Assembly: GCA_963664705.1 (NCBI GenBank)
Contig: OY761556.1
Location: 5,984,001-6,048,000, forward strand
Direction of reading: 5' to 3'
DNA length: 64,000 nucleotides
Source: Acidobacteriota bacterium
GTDB taxonomy: Bacteria > Acidobacteriota > UBA6911
In this document: one piece after another, positions 57,424-64,000 of the stretch
How the letters are laid out: each line of letters starts with the position of its first letter
How positions within the stretch are numbered: position 1 is the stretch's first letter
Program-made: the position numbers and the translations under genes
Notes under the pieces: generated by a model
Database searches by the model: none
Told to the model about the DNA's origin: nothing
The model's input: the letters and a program-made list of their open reading frames with translations, nothing else

Positions 57424-57516
57424 GGGTCGCTCCATACGCAGCAGACGTACCACGCAGTGGTGTGCGAAGTCAAGAAGGCAGGAGGCAGGAGACAGGGGAA
57501 CTGACCGGCTGTTATA

Positions 57517-58308
57517 ATGAAGCCGATGGACCCCTTACAGTCATTTTTAGCTCATTTTGGGATTCAACCCGATCGCGCGCCACTCGATCTGCTGACGCGG
57601 GTTGCCTCGGCGTTTGCACGCCTGCCGTACGAAAATATCACAAAAATCATCAAGCATGCGGAGGCGGGGACTCCTGAAAAGGCGCGTCGATATCCGGCAG
57701 AAGTGATTCAGAACCATATCGATTGGGGCACCGGCGGCACCTGTTTCTCACTGACCTCGGCATTGCTTCATCTTGTGCGCAGCCTGGGATTCCGAGCGGA
57801 GTGCGTTCTGGCAGACCGTCGCTACGGGCCGGACACGCATTCCGCTTTATTGATTTGGATTGATGGTATTCCGCATCTTCTGGATCCAGGGTACCTGATA
57901 GTCAATCCGATCCCCGTTGCGGCTGTAGAGAAAGAGATAAACGTGGGTTTTAACCGCCTAATCCTCGAGCCGGATGGGCAAAACAACCGGATGTCGCTCT
58001 CCACAATCCGGAAGGGGGCAAAAACATTCCGGCTGACCTACAAAACGGATCCGGTGGATCCGGGGCAGTTTCTCAAGGCGTGGGATGCTTCCTTCGATTG
58101 GGATATGATGCATTACCCGCTGCTCACAAGGACGGCGGAGTTCGGTCAGGTTTACCTGCGGGGATCCAGGCTGCAGGTCAGCGGACTCGATTCGGTTCGT
58201 GCCCAGGAAATAGGAAGCGATCAACTGGTGGCTAAAATTTCGGAGGCATTCCAGATTGAACCATCGCTGGTTGTTCACGCACTTTCGATTCTCAAACATG
58301 GAGGATAG
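57517..58308 (+). CDS. Arylamine N-acetyltransferase-like protein (Cys-His-Asp triad)
   Basis: LPYENI, GGTCF, THSAL, LLDPG. Confidence 0.8.
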   Translation: MKPMDPLQSFLAHFGIQPDRAPLDLLTRVASAFARLPYENITKIIKHAEAGTPEKARRYPAEVIQNHIDWGTGGTCFSLTSALLHLVRSLGFRAECVLADRRYGPDTHSALLIWIDGIPHLLDPGYLIVNPIPVAAVEKEINVGFNRLILEPDGQNNRMSLSTIRKGAKTFRLTYKTDPVDPGQFLKAWDASFDWDMMHYPLLTRTAEFGQVYLRGSRLQVSGLDSVRAQEIGSDQLVAKISEAFQIEPSLVVHALSILKHGG

Positions 58309-58311
58309 CCG

Positions 58312-58851
58312 GTGGCAAAGCCTCAGAATGTAGACCCGGTAAAGCTCCTGGTAGGAATTCTCTGGGCGCAGCCCGGACCACTGCAAGATGCCGCGGAGAT
58401 GCTGACTCAGAACTGGGGAAGCATCGATTTTACGGGGCCGGATCATCCTTTTGACATAACGAATTATTATGAGCCCGAAATGGGAGGGAGTTTATACCGG
58501 CGCCTTGTTACTTTTGCCGGCCTTGTGCCGCCCGATATTCTCGTTGAGGCAAAACACACTTGCAATGCCATCGAAGACAAGCTGGCCGGTGCACGGGGCC
58601 GGCTGGTTAACCTGGATATCGGTTACCTGGATCATAACAAGATTGTATTGGCCAGCTTCAAGGGAGCCGGGCAGAAAGTTTATATAAAAGATGGTGTCTG
58701 GGCGGACCTCGTGGCGCGGTATCGGGGCGGGCGGTACGCTCCTTTTGAATGGACGTTTCCGGACTTCAAAGATGGACGCTATGATCAGGAGCTTTTACAA
58801 ATACGCCAGACGTATCTCCTCCAGAGAAAATCTGCATTGATAGAAGCGTAA
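58312..58851 (+). CDS. DUF4416 family protein
   Basis: TNYYEPEMG, RLVNLDIGYL, VLASFK, WTFPDF; GGAGG RBS before GTG. Confidence 0.82.
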   Translation: MAKPQNVDPVKLLVGILWAQPGPLQDAAEMLTQNWGSIDFTGPDHPFDITNYYEPEMGGSLYRRLVTFAGLVPPDILVEAKHTCNAIEDKLAGARGRLVNLDIGYLDHNKIVLASFKGAGQKVYIKDGVWADLVARYRGGRYAPFEWTFPDFKDGRYDQELLQIRQTYLLQRKSALIEA

Positions 58852-59002
58852 GAACATCACGGACCATCGCCTTTCTTACGATTTTTCGAATTAGCATCTG
58901 CCAACTCCTTGACTTCATTGAACTCCTGGTTAAAGATACACGCAGTAATCTTGAATCGGTGTTGATGGGCAGCCACATTCTTATTCTCGGGAATATCACC
59001 AG

Positions 59003-59587
59003 ATGAACTTTTGGCGTGAGTCTGGGAAGAGCTTTCTGAACTATTCAAAATATATCTTGCCTGCCGGGGGCGTGGCGGTTCTTGCCACAGTATTGGGAGT
59101 CGGTTGGTTTACCCAGCCTGACCGGTTTGTCCGCGGATATCAGCCGGTGCAGCCTATCCCTTATTCGCACCAGCTTCATCCCGGTACGCTTCGCATTCCG
59201 TGTCTCTATTGTCACTCCGGTGCGCAGCGATCACGGCAGGCCGGAGTTCCGCCGGTCGAGAAGTGCATGAATTGCCACCGGGTAACCAAGACCGATAGTC
59301 CGTATATCAAGAATCTGACTGCAATCTATAATTCCGGAAGGCCGATGCAGTGGAAGCGGATTCACTCGCTGCCCGACCATGTCTATTTCGATCACAGGCC
59401 GCATGTGAATGCCGGCGTATTGTGCCAGACCTGTCACGGTGAAGTGCAGACGATGAATGTTGTCTATCAGCAGATGTCCATGCGGATGAGTAATTGTCTT
59501 GGGTGTCACCGTGATCCCAAGAGTGCGCTTCCAGCCGGGTCGGCAATCAAGAAAGGTCCGGAACACTGTTACGCCTGTCATCGGTGA
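59003..59587 (+). CDS. actA: Alternative complex III pentaheme cytochrome c subunit
   Basis: One TM, QPIPYSHQLH, five CxxCH motifs, LPDHVYFDH, terminal CHR. Confidence 0.9.
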   Translation: MNFWRESGKSFLNYSKYILPAGGVAVLATVLGVGWFTQPDRFVRGYQPVQPIPYSHQLHPGTLRIPCLYCHSGAQRSRQAGVPPVEKCMNCHRVTKTDSPYIKNLTAIYNSGRPMQWKRIHSLPDHVYFDHRPHVNAGVLCQTCHGEVQTMNVVYQQMSMRMSNCLGCHRDPKSALPAGSAIKKGPEHCYACHR

Positions 59588-59662
59588 CGTGATCAGAAAA
59601 TTTCCGGGAGGCCGCTGCCGGAGCTGGCCGCGAATCCCGGTGAGTGCGAAGGATATATCTGA

Positions 59663-62596
59663 ATGTCTCTGCCCAATGGAATTGACCCAATTTCGCGCCG
59701 AAGATTTCTGACGCTTCTCTCGGCCTCTGCTTCTCTGGCCTTGGGCTCTTCCTGTTCTAGAATCGATCGCGGCACAATCGTACCCTATACGCGAAGACCA
59801 GGAGAGAGCATTCCGGGCGTTGCCACCTATTACGCCAGCACATTCCAGGAGGGACTGACGACACTGGGTGTTCTCGTCAAGACCCGTGAGGGGCGGCCCA
59901 TCAATATTGAAGGCAACGCCGAGCATGCGGTGTCCCGCGGGAAGACCGGTCTCCGCGCGATGGGAGATCTGTTGGGGCTCTATGATCCGGATCGGCTGCG
60001 AACTCCAAGCCATAGAGGAGGAGCTTCTTCCTGGGACGACGCGATCAATTCCATGGCGAAGGCCCTGTCGGACGCGCGGTTGCTGGAAAAGCCGATTCTT
60101 TTGCTTACCGGAGCAATGCTTTCGCCAACACAGAAAGCACTTCTGTATGATCTCCGGCTTGCCTTCCCGACTCTGCTCCACGCTGCCTGGGAGCCATATA
60201 CCCCAACATCCGGGATTGCGGCATCCGCGGCTTTGTACGGCAACGCGGTCCTGCCCAGACTGCACCTGGATCGAGCGGATGTGATTCTTTCGCTGCAATC
60301 CGATTTTCTGGGGAGAGACCCCAATGCGTCCGTGTTTACGCAGGATTTTGCTTCGAGACGCATTGTGTCCGGTCCGAAAGCCTCTATGAACCGCCTCTGG
60401 GTTCTTGAAGGTGGAATGACGATTACGGGCGCCAATGCCGATCAACGCATTGCCGTCCGGCCGTCAAAAATTGCGGAGCTCGCGGTTGCGGTTGCCCGGC
60501 AGTTGCACCAGGCTCACTCTCTCCCGCTTCCGGCGGGCTTGAAGGCAGAGGATTTGGGCAGGGTTGAGGTTGAATCCGCTGCCCGGAATGCGGGTATAGA
60601 TCCTTCCATTCTACGACTGCTGGCTGAAAACCTGGCGGGAGCAAAGAGTGCATCGCTTGTTTTGGCCGGCCCGGAATTGCCAACGGAAGCGCACGTGGCT
60701 TGCGGTCTGCTCAATTCCATGTTGGGAGCTGAGGGGAATACGCTGGACACGAATTCTGCCTCTCAATCTCCGGCGCTGATCAATCTTCCGGAACTCCAGT
60801 CGCTTTTGAAGGAAGCCGCGCAGGGGAAATATGCGGTTGGAATTTTCTGGGGTGCGAATCCGGCCTATGCTTTCCCGGATGCCTCCTTGTGGAAAAGCGC
60901 AATCGCCAAAATCCCCGAAAGCTATCGAATCGGATTGTATGAAGACGAAACTGCGCTCGATTGTGCGTGGCGGCTTCCGGAAAATCACTGGTTGGAATCC
61001 TGGGGAGATTTTGATCCGGTCGCCGATTACTCCAGCCTGCGGCAGCCGGTGATAGGAACGATTCATGACAGCAGGCAGGGCGAAGATATCCTGGTTGCCT
61101 GTCTGAGGAAAATGAAGATCCAGGGACCTCGCAGTTATCTCGAATACCTGAAATCGCGCTGGCAATCCGAGGTGTGCCCGGCAGACAGCCCGGTGCCCTT
61201 CGAAACCTTCTGGAACGCAGCCCTGCATGATGGCGGCGTTCGGCGTGAGCCAAAGCCCCAGAGCTTACCGGCAATGAACATTGAGGCGGTCAGGAACGCC
61301 TTGAGCGCGGTCGGCAATGCCGGGACGCAATCCACGGGCTTTGAAATAGCGCTCGCTCCCGGTTCCGCCGTCTATGACGGCCGGTATGCCAACAACGGCT
61401 GGCTGAATGAACTTCCCGATCCCGTTACAAAAGCCACATGGGGGAATCCGTTGCTCCTGTCCGCTACGGATGCCGAACGGTTGGGTGTTCGCGAACATGA
61501 TGCCGTCAGGATTACCGCCGGGGGGAAGAGTGTGGAGGTGTCGGTCCTTATTCAGCCCGGGCAGGCCTCCGGAGTAGCGTCTCTCGCGCTCGGCTATGGT
61601 CGCAGAACGGGATCCGTAGCGATCGATGTCGGTGCCAACGCTTACTCGCTGATGGATGTTGCTTCAAAAACTCCATACCTTCTCTCCGATGCAAAACTCG
61701 CTCGCGTCAGTGCCGATAAGCGGAAGCTCAGTCCCAGGACGCAGGATTTCGACCAGCAGGGAAGCCGCGATTTGGCGCGCTCCTGGAGTCTGACTCAGTA
61801 TTCTGCGGAAGTGAGCAAAGAGACACACGGCCATTCCGCGGAAGCGCTTCCCTCGCTTATCCCGAACCCGGAATTTCCAAATCAGAAATGGGGCATGGTG
61901 ATCGACCTTTCGGCCTGCACTGGGTGCAGTGCCTGCATGATTGCGTGCCAGTCTGAAAACAATATCCCGGTTGTGGGTCCGGATCGAATTGCCGTCGGCA
62001 GAGGCATGCATTGGATTCGGATTGACCGCTATTACGAAGGAGATGCAAGGAATCCGAAAGTGCAGCTGATGCCAATGCTGTGCCAGCATTGCGATAATGC
62101 TCCATGCGAGATCGTATGCCCGGTCAATGCTACGACACATAGCCCGGATGGATTGAACCAGATGGCATACAACCGGTGTGTCGGCACGCGGTACTGTTCG
62201 AATAACTGCCCGTTCAAGGTCAGACGTTTTAATTTCTTCGATTATACATCGATGAAAAAGGAACCGGAGAGCCTGGTATTTAATCCGGAGGTGACCGTTC
62301 GTCCGCGCGGAGTCATGGAAAAATGTACGTTCTGCATCCAGCGGATTCAAAACGCAAAGCAGAATGCGAAATCGGAATCCCGTCAAATCAGGGATGGAGA
62401 AATTCAACCCGCCTGTGTCGCGGCATGTCCGGCGAATGCCATGGTATTCGGCAACGTGAATGACCCACAAAGCCGTGTGTCCAGGCTGATGAAGATGAAT
62501 CGGAAATATCGCCTGCTCGAGGATTTGGGGATTCGGCCGTCCGTAACCTATCTGGTGGACATTTCAAATCCGGCTATCAAGAAGGACAAGGCATGA
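59663..62596 (+). CDS. actB: Alternative complex III subunit B (molybdopterin-oxidoreductase-like fold plus Fe-S domain)
   Basis: Tat SRRRFL, EGRPINIEGN, YDPDR, ANNGWLNELPDP, CTGCSAC..C, CQHCDNAPC, CVGTRYC, RPRGVMEKCTFC. Confidence 0.92.
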   Translation: MSLPNGIDPISRRRFLTLLSASASLALGSSCSRIDRGTIVPYTRRPGESIPGVATYYASTFQEGLTTLGVLVKTREGRPINIEGNAEHAVSRGKTGLRAMGDLLGLYDPDRLRTPSHRGGASSWDDAINSMAKALSDARLLEKPILLLTGAMLSPTQKALLYDLRLAFPTLLHAAWEPYTPTSGIAASAALYGNAVLPRLHLDRADVILSLQSDFLGRDPNASVFTQDFASRRIVSGPKASMNRLWVLEGGMTITGANADQRIAVRPSKIAELAVAVARQLHQAHSLPLPAGLKAEDLGRVEVESAARNAGIDPSILRLLAENLAGAKSASLVLAGPELPTEAHVACGLLNSMLGAEGNTLDTNSASQSPALINLPELQSLLKEAAQGKYAVGIFWGANPAYAFPDASLWKSAIAKIPESYRIGLYEDETALDCAWRLPENHWLESWGDFDPVADYSSLRQPVIGTIHDSRQGEDILVACLRKMKIQGPRSYLEYLKSRWQSEVCPADSPVPFETFWNAALHDGGVRREPKPQSLPAMNIEAVRNALSAVGNAGTQSTGFEIALAPGSAVYDGRYANNGWLNELPDPVTKATWGNPLLLSATDAERLGVREHDAVRITAGGKSVEVSVLIQPGQASGVASLALGYGRRTGSVAIDVGANAYSLMDVASKTPYLLSDAKLARVSADKRKLSPRTQDFDQQGSRDLARSWSLTQYSAEVSKETHGHSAEALPSLIPNPEFPNQKWGMVIDLSACTGCSACMIACQSENNIPVVGPDRIAVGRGMHWIRIDRYYEGDARNPKVQLMPMLCQHCDNAPCEIVCPVNATTHSPDGLNQMAYNRCVGTRYCSNNCPFKVRRFNFFDYTSMKKEPESLVFNPEVTVRPRGVMEKCTFCIQRIQNAKQNAKSESRQIRDGEIQPACVAACPANAMVFGNVNDPQSRVSRLMKMNRKYRLLEDLGIRPSVTYLVDISNPAIKKDKA

Positions 62597-63999
62597 AATC
62601 GGGATCCACACTCACATCAGGGGACTTGGTGCTGGAGCGCTTGCAGCCTCAGCCGGTCATCAAAGGGACCGTCAGTATTGGCGGTCTCGATGATCAAGTC
62701 CTGGCGCCGGTTGCCGTCAAGCCGCCTCCGGTTTGGTTCATTGCTTTTGCCATTACTTCAGCGGCCATGCTTCTGGGCTTTTCTCTGATCGGCTATACGA
62801 TTGCCACGGGTATCGGAGTTTGGGGAAACAACATACCTGTTGCGTGGGCGTTCGATATCATCAATTTCGTATTCTGGGTAGGGATCGGGCACGCGGGGAC
62901 GTTGATTTCTGCGATTCTTTTGCTTTTCCGCGCGCGCTGGAGAAATGCGATTTCGCGGTTTGCGGAGGCGATGACGATTTTTGCCGTGATCTGTGCCACC
63001 ATCTTCCCCCTTATCCATGTAGGACGTCCCTGGATAGCCTTCTGGCTTTTCCCCTATCCAAATCAGCGGGGGATCTGGCCGAATTTCCGGTCGCCGCTGC
63101 TTTGGGATGTGTTCGCCGTCAACACCTATTTCGCCGTTTCGCTGCTCTTCTGGTTCATGGGGCTGGTTCCTGATCTTGCCTCTCTGCGCGACCGTACCGT
63201 GAACAAAGTGCGCAAGTTCGTTTATTCAATGCTATGCCTCGGCTGGCGCGGCGCATCATCGCATTGGAATCACTACGAACGAGCCTATCTTGTCATTGCC
63301 GGGCTGGCCACGGGACTCGTTCTCTCCGTCCACAGCGTGGTTTCTTTCGATTTTGCCACCTCGCTTGTCCCCGGGTGGCACATGACCATCTTCCCGCCCT
63401 ATTTTGTTGCGGGCGCAATTTTTGCCGGCTTTGCCATGGTTGTGATGGCCCTGGTCGTCGTGCGGACCACCATGCATCTGGATAACCTCATTACCGATTA
63501 CCACCTGGATGTGATGAATAAGGTCATCCTGACCTGCTCCTGCCTGATGGGGTATTCCTATCTGATGGAGGGATTCACCGCGTGGTACAGCATGAACCCT
63601 TATATTCACCATACATTCATGCAGTACCTGTTTGGGACCTATGGGTGGGCCGGCTGGCTGACGCTTTCCTGCAATGTTCTGATCCCCCAGTTGCTGTGGT
63701 TCGGTCCGATTCGCAGGAGCTATACGGGGATGATTTTTGTGGCAGTCGCGGTGACCGTCGGGATGTGGTTCGAGCGCTTTGTCATTATAGTGAGCTCATT
63801 GCATAAGGATTTTCTCCCGTCCGCGTGGCACATCTACAAACCGACGCTGGTTGATTTTGGCATTCTGCTCGGATCCTTTGGCCTGTTCTTTACGCTGGTG
63901 CTTCTGTTCGCCAGGGTGCTGCCGGTCATCGCCACGACCGAGATGAAGATGAGTCTGCCGGGTTCGCAGCCGCACCGGGAAGGAGGAAGGCATGAATAG
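62593..63999 (+). CDS. actC: Alternative complex III subunit C (NrfD/PsrC family membrane protein)
   Basis: NFVFWVGIGHAGTLISAIL, HVGRPW, NFRSPLLWDVFA, SVHSVVSFDFA, GMWFERFVII. Confidence 0.93.
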   Translation: MKSGSTLTSGDLVLERLQPQPVIKGTVSIGGLDDQVLAPVAVKPPPVWFIAFAITSAAMLLGFSLIGYTIATGIGVWGNNIPVAWAFDIINFVFWVGIGHAGTLISAILLLFRARWRNAISRFAEAMTIFAVICATIFPLIHVGRPWIAFWLFPYPNQRGIWPNFRSPLLWDVFAVNTYFAVSLLFWFMGLVPDLASLRDRTVNKVRKFVYSMLCLGWRGASSHWNHYERAYLVIAGLATGLVLSVHSVVSFDFATSLVPGWHMTIFPPYFVAGAIFAGFAMVVMALVVVRTTMHLDNLITDYHLDVMNKVILTCSCLMGYSYLMEGFTAWYSMNPYIHHTFMQYLFGTYGWAGWLTLSCNVLIPQLLWFGPIRRSYTGMIFVAVAVTVGMWFERFVIIVSSLHKDFLPSAWHIYKPTLVDFGILLGSFGLFFTLVLLFARVLPVIATTEMKMSLPGSQPHREGGRHE

Positions 64000-64000
64000 C
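63992..64000 (+). CDS. Probable start of the next ACIII subunit (ActD position), truncated
   Basis: ATG overlapping the actC end after GGAGG. Only three codons are visible, so identity is inferred from gene order. Confidence 0.4.

Noticed and set aside
59660-59662. In-frame TGA before actB as a second Sec codon
   Set aside because: No start codon in the spacer, no redox-motif context typical of ActB, no convincing hairpin, and the ATG that follows has its own SD.
59663-62596. ActB as an active molybdoenzyme
   Set aside because: The actA-actB-actC context identifies alternative complex III, whose B subunit has the fold but is known not to bind Mo cofactor.

Overview
Gene-dense bacterial chromosomal window. 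Acidobacteriota-like origin is inferred from two Oar-type TonB-dependent receptors with carboxypeptidase-regulatory N-termini, a PEP-CTERM protein, a short TonB protein and a paralogous pair of secreted FW..K...W...DSPWA proteins. An anaerobic or facultative lifestyle is inferred from the redox genes. I found no rRNA, tRNA, CRISPR array, transposase or phage genes. The window is rich in unusual redox genes. (1) Two minus-strand ORFs (33923-34369 and 32567-33889) are in frame across one TGA. The junction reads GH-U-SSC and is followed by a SECIS-like hairpin, predicting one signal-peptide-bearing UGSC-type selenoprotein of about 574 aa. (2) A Tat-exported xanthine-dehydrogenase-family trimer has a classical C2H2 zinc finger in its 2Fe-2S subunit and a heavily remodelled active site in its Mo subunit. 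(3) A tungsten AOR-family enzyme has Gln where the family normally has its active-site Glu. (4) A sigma54-promoter-driven HydABC/NuoEFG-like flavin module has a response-regulator receiver fused to its NuoE subunit and no catalytic subunit in the operon. (5) The window ends in the start of an alternative complex III operon. Also present are a whole-transcription-unit tandem duplication of a TonB-dependent receptor and two families of short intergenic repeats (7-mers and roughly 9-mer hairpins). All family assignments come from motif recognition by eye; no database searches were run.
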